Part shown: one piece after another, positions 25,750 through 40,370 of the stretch
Numbering within the stretch: position 1 is the stretch's first letter
How the letters are laid out: every line of letters begins with the position of its first letter
NCBI GenBank assembly: GCA_001244265.2
Contig: CDLV01000004.1
Span: 682,001 to 746,000 of the forward strand
Reading direction: 5' to 3'
Origin: Microbotryum violaceum
Taxonomy: Eukaryota
DNA: 64,000 nucleotides
Translations under genes and position numbers: made by a program
The notes under the pieces: generated by a model
Told to the model about the DNA's origin: nothing
The model's database searches: none
The model's input: the letters and a program-made list of their open reading frames with translations, nothing else

Positions 25750-27484
25750 TGAAGACGACTGGTCCGTAGACCTCGGCAGAGAACTTGTTCGCCTTGTGAA
25801 GCAACTTGCCCAGCACGCACCGCATCTACAGTCAGCTCAAAGTTGCATGGAATGTCAGAGATTCCCCCTTGCTTGAGTGAATGGATAATGCAGCAGGCAG
25901 TCAAAAGGTACGTACAGCAGCAAAGGTATGAGCAATCAGCCCGAATGCCAACGCGTGGTGCTCGCTCGTGTTTTCGTAGCACACAGGCCATTCCAAAGTT
26001 GCAAGCGCTGTAGTGCGCAGTCGATAAATAATTTGCGCAACAATGTCGTAAATGACCGGGTTGGAGAGGTCTTGCCTCTGTTCGGGTTGTTGACCTCGCG
26101 ACAGCGGCTGTGTCAAGTCAAGTGCTGCGATCAGCTCAAAACCCGAATTGAGCTGCAGTGCACATTGTCTTCACTTACCAATGGCTTCTCACAGCGCAAT
26201 TCAAGGAAACCGGTACTGTCCGTGCCAGCAGGCCCAAGCAGCCATTGTGCTGTAGTCTGAACCAGAGGCCCCTTCGCTTTCTGGTCGATTCCGTGATTGA
26301 GCAGGAATGTTGACTCGGACACCACCTTCCACATGGCTGTCAAGACGTTCTGATTGCGCTCGCAAACCTATGCAATCCAGACGCTATTAGTCAGGTAATT
26401 CTGAGTCTCTGGGCAAACCTGTGACTTACCCTGGCGACGATCACATCGTTGACGGTGAACGACGCAATCGGAAGCTTTGCAGCGATTTGTTCTAGTTGTT
26501 GACGGACTTCAGTAGATGTGATCCACAGTCCAGATCGGCGGCGGATGTTTTGGGCAAACAGGTGTTTGTACCATATACCAGCCACCCTGTCCTCATCGGG
26601 CGTCGTGTCGTCCAAAGCGCGGGTTCGGCGGCTGCGTGGCGCACGACCCAAGGGCGGAGCGAGGAAAGGTTTGCCGCCAGAAGCGAAGCGGTTACCGCCG
26701 CCCAAAGAAGGGGCCGGGTTGGTGGCAATGGTGGATGTGCTTGCAAGCGTGGACGCGGCGGGGACCTGCATCTGTTAACAACCGCCGTGTCAGTCAGGTG
26801 AGCTCAAAGCAGCTCAGGGGTACGGTCATCTAACCTGTCGAGTGTTGTCCTCTTTGAATTCTACGCAATTTGGATTGACGTATTGAGCAGAGGCTAGCAT
26901 TTAGCATTATATTGATACACGACTGTAATCAATTCTCGTTGTGGATGTGCGCACTCACCTTCGGCACCAAACTCGGGGCACCGTCGTCGCCGTCGTCGAA
27001 GTCATCGCGAACAGCAGCGTCTCCGTCTGACAGTAGGAGGATCGATTCTGATGTCTTCGTCGGACAGGTCGTCCCGTTGAAGCCGTCTGCCGGTGAATAC
27101 GACTCCTGAAATCGCTGCAAGCGGTTCCACCCGATCAGGCTCGACGGCGGCGGCAGTAGTAGCGATCGAGGCGGTAAGGTCGGAACTGCAGAACATGTCA
27201 CACGACCAAAATGCCACCGGCCAGTGTGAGAAGTAATGAGACTGTCTCGCTGTAGCTATAACCGACTTTGCGATACGCCGGTTCTTCGACAAACAGATGA
27301 ACTCCTGAGTTAGCCGAGGCGGGGCGAGCGCGTTTACGTTCGGGCCTATTTGAGAGCATTTATCAAAAGTAGCAGGCTATTGGCACAGGTATAGGAACGA
27401 CTTACTAGGTGCTCAATTGTGCCGCCTCATTGGCGACTGCAACCTCCACTTGAGCATCCTCCTCACCACCCTGCGTGGTGGCAT
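25750..27484 (-). pseudogene. Multi-exon uncharacterised gene or pseudogene, probably TE-associated (weak DUF6532-like C-terminus)
   Basis: Collinear protein-like minus-strand ORFs separated by GT..AG segments; LSNPVIYDIVAQII...LIAHTFAAV. Confidence 0.35.
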
Positions 27485-28000
27485 GATCACGGTGACCTGT
27501 TGGAATGTGGATGGGCGATAACAAGAATCGAGAAGAGCGTCGAGTAGGGGACGCTGGCGTGAAGGTGGCGAAAAGCACAGTGAAGGGCAGGAGGGAAAAG
27601 CGCAAAGAAACAAAACCTTCGCACGGGAACGAACGCGTCGACGACGAGTCGACCTGAGTCGTCGACGCGGGCACCTAGCACGAGGCACCCTAGGCGCTCG
27701 TACGGGCGGGCTCGACGCAGGCAGGCGCGGCCAACCCTTCTTGGCCTCGCGGAGCGAAAACTGTTGGAGATTTTTACACTCTCACAGCCAGAACTAATCA
27801 CTCAATACTTGTAACCTGATATCACCTTTCGTCTTCTGCCTCCCACTGGATGAAAGGTGATTGAAACGGACGGCACTCAAGTCGGTCCACGAGGGCCAGT
27901 TTTCTTTCGATGCTTTTTCTGTACAATGCAAAGCCGAAAACCTCTTTCAGTGCTTTTTATGTACTGCATTGGTACATTGGTGAGAGTTTTGTCAATATCC

Positions 28001-29800
28001 TCAAAGATCAGAGGGAGCGGTGATGCGAAGCAACATGCGGCGGGTGGGCCGACCTCTGATCAATGGCACCACCCACTTGCTGGGGAAAATTGATGACTGT
28101 AACTGCAATGACCACATCCGGAAAACAAAGTGGTTGCCTAGAATGGCATTGGGACTGTTGAGCGCCAGCTCGGCTTGTGCGGGAGCGTGATAGATGACGA
28201 CCGCACGACGATAACCCACATTCACCTCAGCAGCAAAAATGTCGCCAAATCTACTGAAATACTCGACGATGTCAGCCTGATCAACCTTGTTGCTTGGTAT
28301 ATTCTTGATCCTGATTGCGCAAGTCGAGAGGGGCGGTACGAGGGCCCGCCACTTCCGCTCTCGACCAGATCCAGGCTCTACCGCGCGGTCGTACGCAATG
28401 GATCCAGTGGGTTGCTGACGCTTGGTATGGACTGACGCAATAGGGGAGTTGGAAGGAGCGGCGAGCAGTCGAGGAGGTCTGTGTGACGTACGCGCGAGTA
28501 CAAGAGTGCCTGAATAGAACTTGATAGGCCTGACCCCGCGCATGGCAAACTGGGTCTTTTCCTCAAGTTTGGCTCTGCATCAGATCAGGTGTGTACTTCG
28601 CATATCCATGTCTCAATGTGTCTAATGACTAACTCTGATGTTTGGCTCTGCATTGGATCAGTCAATTGTTCAACTAGGCGGCACCCCTATCGGCCAAGGA
28701 CACGCAGCAGCACTTGCCGGCATCGAAAGCTGATGAGGGCTTGCAGCGGGATCCTGGGGTGCACACTTCGACAGGGGCAGTGCACCCACATCGCCGCGCA
28801 CGTCGTGCAGATAGATGCACATCAAGCCTCGCGGACAGAAGCCGTAGCCTGCGAGAGAGACAGCTCGACTTTAGCGCAACAGACGGTGTCCAGCCATCGG
28901 CCCGTGCAGGCTGTCGAAGAATAAGAGCTTGCCCCGAGCCTCTGCAAACGAGACGCAAGGGCTCTAGGCGGCGCAAGCAAAGGAGATGGACGCCGTAGGT
29001 GTAGTCGGTGTCGATATTTGTAGTGTGCCTCGCTTACGATGGTAAGCTTCGCACAAGAGAGGCCGTGGGTCGGTTGAAGGCCACGGCGTGATCGGGGAGG
29101 GGCTCAGATTGAAGGAAGGGGCCTATCCAGCGGCAGCGGTTCGGGGTTCCGGTTGGATCCAGTTAGCAGCCACCTCGAGTTGACTAGCATCGCTTCGAAA
29201 TAGTTGTGATCTCTTGGTATCTCGCGGCCCTCGTGCCTGCGTCTCCGAGGCCGTTACCGCCGAGGACGAGCTATTGAACGGCACTGGTCCATCTGGCTTT
29301 GTTGACGACGTAGAAGCGCTGGTGAGGTAAAAGAGGCGCGAGATGAAGGCGGAGGTCTCTGTGCAATGGACAACCCAAGCGGCAACAGGCGAGACCAAAT
29401 GGTGCTGTCGAATGTCAGCCAGTGGCCGGCGGGACCAGACAGCCCAATGGAGCCGACTCGGCTGAGGCCGAAGACAGGACGTACGAGGGCCCAAGAACTC
29501 CTGCAGCTGGATGGCGCAATGCTTCTTCAATTGCGCAAAAGGCGCGTCATGCTTGAGTAAGGCCAAGACGTACTCGGCGAGAACGTGGGGATCTGCATCA
29601 GAACTGTTCGCGTCAAGGAGTTGCCCAATCAGCTCTCTCGCGCCGTACAAGACCACTCGGTGCGCCGCGGTCTGCCGCGGTGATAGTTGATGTCCACAGC
29701 AATGGTGAGATTTGGGACTTGAGCCATCGAAATTGACTTGCATTGGTTCGAGTTGCTGTAGCAGCCACTGACGCAATTTGGTCGGGTTGAAGTCGAGCAT
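28001..29800 (-). CDS. RBM26/RBM27-like RNA-binding protein (PWI plus RRM), apparently C-terminally truncated; may be a pseudogene
   Basis: PWI-like LRQWLLQQLEP..SDADPHVLAEYVLALLKHD..QLQEFL..ETSAFISRLF. RRM IKNIP...EYFSRFGDI...ALNSPNAILGNHFV. Confidence 0.7.
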
Positions 29801-30475
29801 CGCTGGGCAGTAGAATGCCAGCTCAGCGTGGTTCGTCGCTCGGTTTCGGCGCAAAGTCGACCGAAGTCAGTCGCTCGCTTCGCACCGCAGTCGCCTCGCC
29901 AGGCAGCGCCAGGCGGACAGAGGCGGACCGAGCGTTGCCTAAGCCTCGGACCGCTTGCGGCTGGCGCAGGAGGGCGCTGGAGGGCGCTGGAGGGCGCAGG
30001 AGGGCGCCGAGTCGCTCTGGCCCGGCCGCGACAAAATCTCTGTCTGCCTCCCCCGTTCTTGTTGTGTCCACCAAAAAACACAAGGTCAGTCCCACGCAGC
30101 GATCCTATCTAGACCCAGTCGGACCCGAGATCGTGGTAGATTGGACACTCGTGGAACAACATCGCATTCATTCTGTACTGGCCGTGCACTCGCCTCTCGT
30201 CCCTCGTGTTGCACGCCGACGTCGCTGCGATGGGCCTTTCTGCCCGCCCGCAACGCACATACTCGTGCCCTACGCCCCCCTACCCTCCTCAGCCTCCAAC
30301 GCTCCCGCCCTGCCGCCCTGCCCGTCTCGCTCTGTGTCTGAACTCCTTGTGCAACGAAGCACTGACATTTGCTTTCTTTTTGATCATTCCTTGGTTATGT
30401 GCCTGTACCAACCCTGGCCCCGTCGCGCCACGTCGTCTCGTCTCCCCTTCGCGCCGCGCCGATCCGCCCACAGCC

Positions 30476-31283
30476 ATGGGACGTTTCCAGGAATTTCAGG
30501 TCATCGGCCGCAAGCTGCCGTCCGAAAAGGAGCCGCAGCCCAAGCTTTACCGCATGAGGATCTTTGCGCCCAACGATGTTGTCGCCAAGTCCCGCTTCTG
30601 GTACTTTTTGCGAAAACTGCGCAAGGTCAAGAAGGCGACTGGTGAAGTGGTTGCCGTCAACGTCGTACGTGGCCCTGGTCCATCATCCAGCCTGGCTCGC
30701 CCTCGCCTTCGCCGCCGCCGCCGCGTTGCCAGCATGTCTGCTCTCTTACTGATCGTAGGCTCTTCGCCTCTCCCTACAGATCAACGAGAAGAAGCCCCTT
30801 GTCGTCAAGAACTTGGGCATCTGGCTCCGCTACGATTCGCGATCGGGAACCCACAACATGTACAAGGAATACCGTGAGCTGACCCGTGCAGACGCCGTGC
30901 ACGCCTGCTACCAGGACATGGCTGCACGTCACCGTGCTCGCTTCCGTTCGGTTCAGGTTAGTACTTTTCAGTCCCGGTATCGCGTCGTGGCAGGCAGTGT
31001 TTTCCACCGGCAGCCTTCACCCCTTCCCTCCGGCAGTTCACTCTCTGCTGCACAGTGGATCCGTATGGCCTCGCAGGCTCGAGTCCGAGCATGAAGCTCA
31101 CTGGGTGCCCTTTTTGTGCCACGATTCTAGATTCTTCGCGTGGCCGAGATTGAGAAAAACAGCGACGTTCGCCGCCCCAATATCAAGCAACTCATCACTT
31201 CGAACACTCACTTCCCCTTGCCCCACCGAGTCGTCAAGAGCCGCAGTTTGTTCCTCGCCAACCGACCATCGACCTTCTATTAG
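30476..31283 (+). CDS. RPL20: 60S ribosomal protein L20 (eL20/L18a); exons 30476-30664, 30780-30956, 31131-31283
   Basis: [68 protein letters not shown]. Canonical GT-AG introns. Confidence 0.97.
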
Positions 31284-32538
31284 GTGGAGTCTGGGTATTC
31301 CGGCATATTTGGCAGAGACGCTGGGGGTCTGATACGGGGACGGGAGGAGGACGCGCTGCAGGTATCGGCCTTGGGGTGAATCGTAATGTATTTCGCCGCA
31401 GGGCAGTTATATCTGGACCGGTTTTCGCCCGTACTCGCAATCCAAAGACAAGCAAAGGGTGCCTATTGCATGCAGTGGTGATCTCGCGCGAGGCTGGTCC
31501 GTTTGCCTTGCTTGTGAGAGGTTACAACCCTGGCTGCCGCTGGAAGTTTCTGGCATTACGCCAGGATCCACGAGTTCGCATGAAGAATGCCGGTAACATG
31601 CAGAATGCCGGTGACATGAACGCCCATGACTGCGAGTACTCTGTCGTCATAGCACGTGGCACAGGAGAAGTCTTGAGGCTAAAGAGCTACGACATCTGGC
31701 TGCCCTCAGACTAGATCAGACTCAAGCTCCCAATTTCCAATGGAATCCGTGAAAGGCACGAGATTGCTCCCGAGCCTTACTGGTTCCGAGTCCAAACTGA
31801 AAGGATCAAATGGTGTAATTCGCAGACGAAGAAAGACTACTAAATGGACTTAAGGTCAAGAGACGCTGTGGCGCCGCGTGCGAGGGCAAGCGTGAGGCTG
31901 CTGAGGTAGGCTACACGCCCAAGCCCTTTCCGCGCGATTTTCCCGCGAGATTGCTTGAGCGTAGGCGGATCACGGGATATCCAGAACCTTGTCAGAGTGG
32001 TGTCTCAGGCGGGAGACTCCCTCGTCTGTAAACCAGCCGGGTGACGACCTGGGAATCCCGTGGAGACCTTTAGGAGTGCAGGTACCAGGTTTTGCTTGCG
32101 ATTCCATTCTCGCGTTATCATATACTACATTTATAGCACCACTTTATCCCTTTGGAGAGCGTACAGTGAAAGCATTAGAAAGCCTTACAGGATCTATCTC
32201 GCAGGGAGCACCCCCTACTAAAAAACACTATAAAAAGCCCCCTTATCCACATCAGAATTAGGAATGAAAACATGAAACCCGAAAAGGCTGCAATTTTGGA
32301 CCCAATGAAGCAGTCCTGTAGGCCTTCTGGTACCTAACTTGGACACCTGAGCAAGTACCTGGGGGATCAGATTGGAAGGGTGCCATTTAGGTGAGGTCAG
32401 CCCAGCTGCCTCCCCGGCCGTGTTACCAATTCGAAACTATCCCGGGCTCACCTCAGGTCCACGATCTCGAATCATGAGCACTCCCGCGCCAATCCGCTGT
32501 GGATGCTGTCAATTGCGACTTCTGAATAGTCTGAACAA

Positions 32539-34740
32539 TCAAGTCATCGAACACGGCAAGCGCGCGAAGGTCCGATCAGCGTGACGAAACTGAGAATAGG
32601 TGAGCACTGAGGACCAAATGCAGTGGCAGTGCCAGCCTTGACTGACCTTTGCAGCTTGATAAATGTCGAGAGTGTTCTTATCAACAAGTAGGAACATTTG
32701 CGACTGGGCATCGTCCTTCGTAGTTTGCAATCGCGCGAGAGGCTGCTTCCAGTCCTTGGAATCTTTGGCGGTGCCAAACTTCGAGGCAGCGGCCGAGCGG
32801 CGAGTCGGCTCGACGTACTTGGTCCAAAGGTAACTGAAGGAAGGCAGCAAGTTGGACAGTGTCAGTACGTCAATGCTCGTCATAATTGGTTATTCTGTCG
32901 CACTCAGGAGGTAGAAGGCGGAATGCAAAGGTGTACGAGACAGCTTTCCAATGAAAATAGGTACATACGTGCGAATGCTAAAATTTGGCTCTTTGTCCAA
33001 CTTGGCTCCAAGCCTCTTCCCGACTTTAACGAGGTATTCATGCAGACCAAGGAAGAATTTAGAGCGGGTTACCTTGTCTTCCTTTTCCCAGTCAAGAGCA
33101 AATTGTATCTGTGGCGTGTATACTTGTGTTAGCGAACTTCCCCAGGTCCCTGCGCTCGTCGACATGAAATTCGAAACTCTAAAAGAGACTCACGGCCAGA
33201 CACCAATGGATGACATGATCGCCCGTCAAACATGCTTTGGTTGACGGTCATTCCTTCATAACAAGCAGAGGATCCTTACTGAGGGATACTATATCTTGAA
33301 TCTGAGGTGGACAGAAAACGATTGTAAGCGAGATGCAAAGCATGCAATGGCGAGTTCGGAACAGATGCACTCGAAGGTGGCCGAGCGGGAGTCCACGTAC
33401 ACGCCCGGCAAATGCCCTTCGCGCATCAGCCACAACCTCTGCGATCGCCGCAGAGACCACTTTACGATAACCATCGTCGTGTTCATCTCTGCCGCTGTCG
33501 ATGATCTGATTGGCAAGCAGGTACTTCTGTGGGTATTGCTTGTCAAACATTCAGACCCGAGAACCAAGAAAACACGAACCTCATGGCTGTGAAGCCGAGC
33601 ATGGTTGTGAAGCTGACTCACTTTGAGAACCCCCGTGGCCCCGTTATAGAAGTTGGTGAGGCGAGGCGTACTCAGCATGGTCTTGGCATGTGATCTGAAC
33701 TTTGACTGTGATAAGGAGAAATTTCATTGCCAGTCAGATACTGCGACGCATGAGGATTGGCGCCGACCACAGGAGGAGCGAGAATTTTACACCCTACAAC
33801 GAACCTTGAAATCTCTGGCAGTGATAGCAGCCACGGGTCGGCGCATCTGATCATGGACCATGATGAGCATGTTCATCATCATTTCGCCTTGAAGCCGGCG
33901 CTTGAGGGGAACCCCTCCCTGTCTTCCAAGCTGTAGTCAACAGAGAACGTGTAAGACGTTGAATTGTACCTCTAACATGGTGTTGCTGTACTCACACGGG
34001 CATACTCGATCATCTAGTTCGTGCATTGGAGGCCTCGCGACTGGAGATCTTTTTTAATGACCGCGGTAGTAAAGGCACCCCCTCGGGTGTTATCCTCGTC
34101 GGAGACCTCGTCCTCCTCATCTCCACTTTCAAGAATAGTCGGTGCTATACTTGTGTCACGGGACCTCTCTCCGCCGGCTCCTCGGCTCACCGAACGTCGA
34201 CCGGGTGCGGAGCCAGCGGAAGAGCCCCTGTGCGGGAGAGACGAGCGCCCCTCGTGCTCCGGCGCGTCTTCATCTCCTGCAACCGCGTTTGTCAAGTCTC
34301 GACAACGGCGAGTGGGTACAGTGGTAGAGCTTCCGCCGATCTGTCTTCTGTTGTGGGGAGGGGTTTTACTCCACTGCCCGTGTACAAAGGAGCCTGTGTC
34401 AATCATTGAAGCTGAACGAACACCCCCGACCCTTGTAAACAAAGCCCCGTTCCGCCGAGAGAGGACGTACCTGTCGGTTTGGTTCATCCGAGGAGGTCAC
34501 TCTAACCGTAGACTCGGTGTTACTAATTGAGGAAAGAACTTGACGCCGAGACACTGGGGAGGGGGTATTCGCGGGACTGGACAATACGCCGCCCGTCATC
34601 TGTGGGTTCGAAGTGCAGAGTTGAAGGATCCGGTCATTGGCCGCACGTAAAGGTCTGCTCGCTCTCCGCCGGCCGTACTTCTATAATCGGATTCATGGAA
34701 CTCACCCACTCTTGCTGTATGGGAGTTGCGGACATGGAGT
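32539..34740 (-). pseudogene. Multi-exon uncharacterised gene downstream of the CMC-like transposase (likely the element's second gene)
   Basis: Series of protein-like minus-strand ORFs (34014, 33289, 33248, 32890, 32539) co-oriented with the transposase and separated by intron-like gaps. Confidence 0.4.
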
Positions 34741-36109
34741 TGAACACAGCGTGACGAAGGAAGAGAGAGAGGGGGAGAGGGGTTGCTGACTCGGAGTCAA
34801 TGGATGGGCACAAGGTAAACAAAGCAAAGGCAAACAACGCAAAACTCGGTGCTCCCTAACTACGCGACTCCGATCACCTCCGATCGCGCATCTCAACATT
34901 CCTGAGCAGTTGGTCCGAAGGCATTGGCTTCGCGCCGGCCAAAGCCCGACGTGACGACCATATCATGGGCACCTTCAGTGGGGCGATACGTGGGTATTTC
35001 GAACCGACGCGGCCAATGTGAATTAATCTACTACTTTGATTTTTTTTGAAGATTTCGCAGCGACTGAACCATAGAGGCTCTACCCAACGACTGATACTTT
35101 GCTAATCTGTAAAATGGGCTGTCATAAATAGGGGGCAGCTTGAAATTCTCGAGCTGAACGCCGGCCATGTACGCTCAAAAGGAGTGCAGAAAGTCAACGC
35201 GAATGGTAATTGCAGACGCTTCAGATCTTCATCTCCTACTTCGCTTTCGCTTCGCCTTCAAATCGCAAGGTTCCGGATCCGAAACATAGCCTTCCGACGA
35301 AGACTGAATGCCAGGCCGCGATGGAGGGCTCCGAATCAGCTTGAGCTCGCGCTTTGCCCCACCCAGTGCCTGTAGAGCTGTAAGAGATAGAAGCGAGTGT
35401 ACGTACATTTGCACTCATCATCGATCTCATCCTCCCCGAAACCGGGTTACTCGTTGAGTGGGCGCACTCTGAATCCACATCTTGCGCATCACTTTCCGAC
35501 TCGGTGTTCCCAGCTGATTGCTCGCGTTCGAGCCTCTCACCCTGCGATTCCTCGCGCGAGGACTCCTCCTGCTGCGACTCTCCATCCTAAGTAAAAAAGC
35601 ATTAAAGCCTGAGAAGTCTCCGCAAAATCGCCGCGTTTCTTGACGTTGACAGAGGCCAGTCAACTTGAAGTGACTCACGAATTCATCGGGCTGCCACTGG
35701 GGCTGGCTCCTTTGGTCTTCGCTGTCGCTGTCGGTTTCTGCAACGCTTGGAAGCTGATAATTGATGAGTACATGTTAGCGCGAGCAGTCCCATTGACTGA
35801 GCAGACAAGTAGAGGCATACGATCCCTACCCTGGGTCGGTCACGACGCGCCACGTTGGGGCCCACCGCATTGCGCGTCTGAGCTGGAGGTTGCGATAGGC
35901 GGACTTTTTATACGAAGCTGTCCAAATCTTCCGCGGCTGGAATTGGGGGCGCAAGCGGGGCAACCAAGTCGTGCGATCGCTGGGTGATGGTACTCAGCAG
36001 CTAATTACGATCGTCCCCATGGGTCAAGGCATTCTCGAGTCCGCCTGTGTCGATGCGCTCAATGCGAGCCTTGTTTGAGGCCGAGAGCGCGCAGTTCGCT
36101 GATGCGCAG

Positions 36110-39100
36110 TCATGCTGTACACTGGCAACTCCAAGCAAACACTGTAGACGGGGACAGAAAGATTTTTGTGAGCTGATAGTGCAAGAGCTTTGCCTCCTCT
36201 AGGCGTTGACTCACCTTCGTTGACACTACAGAGGGGTGAGGCTCGAGAGACAGTCGGACGAAGCCAGTCGAACCGAGTTCTTCGCCGAGGCGGGCGAATT
36301 CTACAAGTGCGAACCCCTCGTCGATCAGGCTGCTTTGAAGCGTGCGAACGGTGGTCGGCACTAGCAGGGATATGACTCGGCCGATACGTAGTCCTGACTG
36401 ATAGCATAACAGATGGGGTACCATTTAGTTACCCAAGGATGGTGCCAAAGAGCGTACGGCAGGACTCACATTGGGTGAAGTGCGCACAAAGCACCAATGT
36501 CGAAGCAGGCACCGATCACCATTCGGAAGTGTGGCGGCCTTGGCCGCGCGAAAGTGGTCATACGCGGAGACCGATCCTTCCGCCTTGAGGTGCCGGTAGA
36601 TAGGATCGTGTTCGAGCTCCGACGAGGATTGCACTTGTTGAATATGCACTCACTCCGATCCTGCGTCTCGGCATCCTCATCGACCATGAACCAAGACCTG
36701 ATCACCGCGTTGTCCATTAGACTCGCTGCCGCAGGACCGAGCGAGACAGCCCGGCCACCATGACGCCAAAGACCCCCACCCGCAACAAAGGTGAGCGCGG
36801 CTGTCTCCGCTAGAGTCTGCGCCACGTCACGCGATGGAGCTTGATGGTTGGTTCGCATATTGACTTGGCGCACGACCTTGTTTGCAGACTCGGCCACCGA
36901 TGAATCGAAGAGCTTAGGAGGTCCGAAGCGCCGAATGGCCCCTTCAAGCTCGAGAAGGTAGTGGTACTTGACGCGAGCCAAGGTGAATATCAAATTGCGG
37001 GTCATCGAAGCCTGGACAAATGCTCGCGCTAGCTCGCGATAGTCGTCCTGTGCACGAAAAAGTTCCCTTTAGTCTCGAGCTAGCTGGCCTCATCATTCGA
37101 CGGATACCATGCCAACTCACGGCGTACTGATCAATACTTGTTGCGGAGGGAGCGAACATATGATGGGTCAACTTTCCAAGGGCACTCCAGCAGCGATTAG
37201 TCACTGGAGTGATCATGGACCTGCTCAACATGACCTCAGCGATGAAGGGAAGTATCTGCGCGATCATTCTATAATCGTGACCATCGAGGCCTCCCTTGTA
37301 GTCGACGTAGAAATTAGGCTTGAATCGTTCACCGAGCCCAGCTGTCGAAAGCGAACGGAATGCGCCGCGCATGAAGTCAACGGCTGTGGGTGTAAGGCCC
37401 GCTATTGTGTCGACCCAAAGATATTTGACAGGACCTAGCAGAAGGACGTGGAGCATGTCAGGAGGTGTGTCACGGTGGACGTCGAAATCTGCGGGCCGAG
37501 CTTGAACTGTCAGATGCGTGCCAAGCCGTGCAAGCACCGTCAACTCATTGACTTACGAGGAATGCGGAAGAAGGGGCCAAGAACGAACCCAGAGGCTTTG
37601 AGTTCGGACAGCCGAGCCGAAGCGGCTGCCCGTGCTCGAACTCCGTTGGCGGTGGCAATCTTTTTTCGTTCCTTGGCGCCGGCATTGTTGTACGCTCTCG
37701 CCAACCCGGCATTTGGCTGAGGCCGGCCATCTTTGCTGTGAGGGACCTTGTGTGTCATCTCGAGTGCATAGGCTTGGCGGATTTCTTCAATGACTTTTGC
37801 GGTGACTTTGTCGCGCGTGCCTGTGCTCTTTTGCAACTCCTGAACCCCGTGAGCGGTGCCGTCACGAGTCATCGTCTCGATCTGCGCCCATGATTCCAAC
37901 ATCGTTCTGTCCGCGTTACGTTTGATGGGTGACTGCATAATTCCAGCTGCGAATTGTCAGCCTTTGCATGACGCACGAAGCAAACGCGGTCAAGGCTTGA
38001 CTCACAGTAAAGTAAGTCATTAGGGTGTCGAACGCCAGTCGGTCGGCGGGAGATCCGCCCCATCGACAGCAGCGGCAGGGAAAGCGCGCTGCGGCCCCAA
38101 TTGGACGGGCAGAGACTACGGCGGCCATCGATGTGTCGTGTACCGTGTATAAAAGTGGCGTCCAAAACTGTACAGGGGCTCTGGTACGACCATCAATGGC
38201 CTCAACGGGCGATGAAAGCGTGGCACTAGAGTTTGTAGAGTTTGTTGCATGAGTCAGCCAAATTCGCCGGCTGGCTCGACAGTCACTTCACACGCACATA
38301 ATGTCCGTAAGCACAGCCTCCGCTAGATCGAGTGCCTCTCCCCAAGCGGTCACAGCGATGTGCTGAAGCGAGAATCGGCGGCTTAACTGCGAAGCCGGCA
38401 AACCCAGAGTCTGGATCGAGCACTGTTGCATGCGCCGGGGCGAATCAGTACAGTGTAATCTCCCACATGGGTGTTTGGGAGCGAGTCTGCACTGACCACG
38501 AACATCTTGTAGTAACGCTTCGACTCCCCACCGCCAAAATCATCCAAGAACAACCGCAGCGGGACAGTCAGAAGTCGGCCGCCTCAGGCAGCGGCTCTCG
38601 AGGCACTCGACGCCGGCAAACAGGGTAGCAGCACCTCTTGATCTGCAGACAGTACTGCGTGCGCAAAGTGGCCGTGTCAGGAATGTCGAAATGTTCCGAC
38701 TTGTCTCATGCACTTACGTATGATGCTCCTCCTCTCCATCTCCACTTCCCTTGCGATCGGAAGCCCGAGCAACTCCAACGGTATTAGGGACCACGCCCGG
38801 TCTGAAAGTGGCGACGACGATAAGTCCGGCATATCCGCGGGAGGGAGTTGTACGCAGAAGCCACCATCGTCGCGGAGGACCGCAGGAACCGCCAGTGCGC
38901 AGAGTACGTGGTTGTGGGTGGCGAACGAGTCGATAAAGAGGTATCCTCCACCTATTCGAAGTACGACTTCCTGGGCGAAATAGTCGATGCCGTCATGCGA
39001 AGCCATCGGTGTTCGAATGGGTACCGGTAATGTGTGGCTCCAGCGCGCAGTTTGACAGGCCGATTGCACAAAATCTTTGTCGTCATAGGAGGGGTAGAAA

Positions 39101-40370
39101 TCTAATTGCTCGACGAGCGTGGGGGTAGCCAGCGCCTGCGGGGATATAAGAGAGCGTGCGTCAGCGGGGGGCACTGGCTGGGGGCGCTGGATGCGGAGTA
39201 AGAGTGAGTGCCACTGGGAACGCACTGCAATGACAAAACCAAATGGAGGAATGACGAAGATTGTGCGGTTGTTAGGAATGACAACTGGCCGGGGATGGAA
39301 CAGCTGGATTTCGTTGAGTAGGTTGCATAGGAAGGTTTTGATGGTTTTGATCGAAGGCAGCTTGGTCACGCCGAGGACTTGTGCAAACTCGAGTATTTCT
39401 TGGAACTCTTGCGCGCCCATGCGACGGTGGGGTGATCGCCAGAAGAGAGAGACCACGCACATCTGTGGCCAAGAATTCGCAGACCAGAGTCCGCATTAGT
39501 TACTAAGCTGAGAGGGCTTCGGCGCTCGGGTCACGATCACTCACAGCCGCGCTCGGGAAAGGAAACCATTCATCGCTTGGATGCGGAACGCTCGATGATG
39601 ATGCGCGGTGGCTTGAGCTCTTGAAGAGTTCGGCATTCACTATAATGTGAACATGTGCCCATGATGTATAAGAAGCATAGGGCAAATAATACCTCCCATG
39701 ACTGCTGAACTGACCGTTGATCATGTGCGCCAGTGTTCGGGGTCGGCGCCAATCTCTGTCGATGTCGTCGCCGTCTTCGAACCCGCTAACATCACCCTCA
39801 CGATCTGATTCAAAGTCGTCTAGACTCTCGTACGCGGCCCATGGATCTTCGAAGCCGTTATCGCTGTCAAAGCGATTATTGTCGCCATTGTGAGCATAGT
39901 TGTGCGCACTGTAGTCGAAGTCGGGTGTTCCGCCCGACGAGGGTGACCCATCGCTGCCGAGCTGGTTTTAGGTCAAATGCAGACACATCAGATCGCGTAG
40001 TCTCAACACTGGAAGACCTCCGCTCGCTCACAGAAGAGACAGAATTGTTGGTTTCGATTGAAAGGTCGTCATTGTTGGGGATGATATCCAGGTAAGATCC
40101 CCAACACCGATACCTTGCAATTGGACTTGTTCTTTGTGCACATTCGTCTTGAAATGGGCCCGGGCTCGGGCAAGGCTCAGCCGTCGATCCTTATGTCGAG
40201 GGCAGACTGCGCAGCGGTATCCGATGCTCCTGGAAGAATTCGTTATGCTGATGATTGCTTCTGTGGTAGCGAAGGCAGCAAAGAATCGAAGGTTGAGCCA
40301 CAGTCAGTGCGCCGAAGATGCGCGGCGCGTGCGACCACAGGCATCATGAGCAACCTGATTTCTCTACAAG
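36110..40370 (-). pseudogene. Fungal CMC/EnSpm(Plavaka)-related putative transposase, degenerate
   Basis: EWFPFPS, IRTPMA, DDFGGGESKRYYK, DTPPDMLHVLLLGPVKYLW, KYHYLLELEGAIRRFGPP, ESANKVVR..NHQAPSRDVA. The 5' boundary is approximate. Confidence 0.75.

Noticed and set aside
30085..30473. snoRNA in a putative RPL20 5'-UTR intron
   Set aside because: A GTCAGT...CAG intron is plausible, but no convincing C/D or H/ACA boxes were seen.
30807..30821. RPL20 KNLGIW instead of the usual KNFGIW as a sign of degeneration
   Set aside because: A single conservative change in an otherwise intact gene; could be natural variation or an error.
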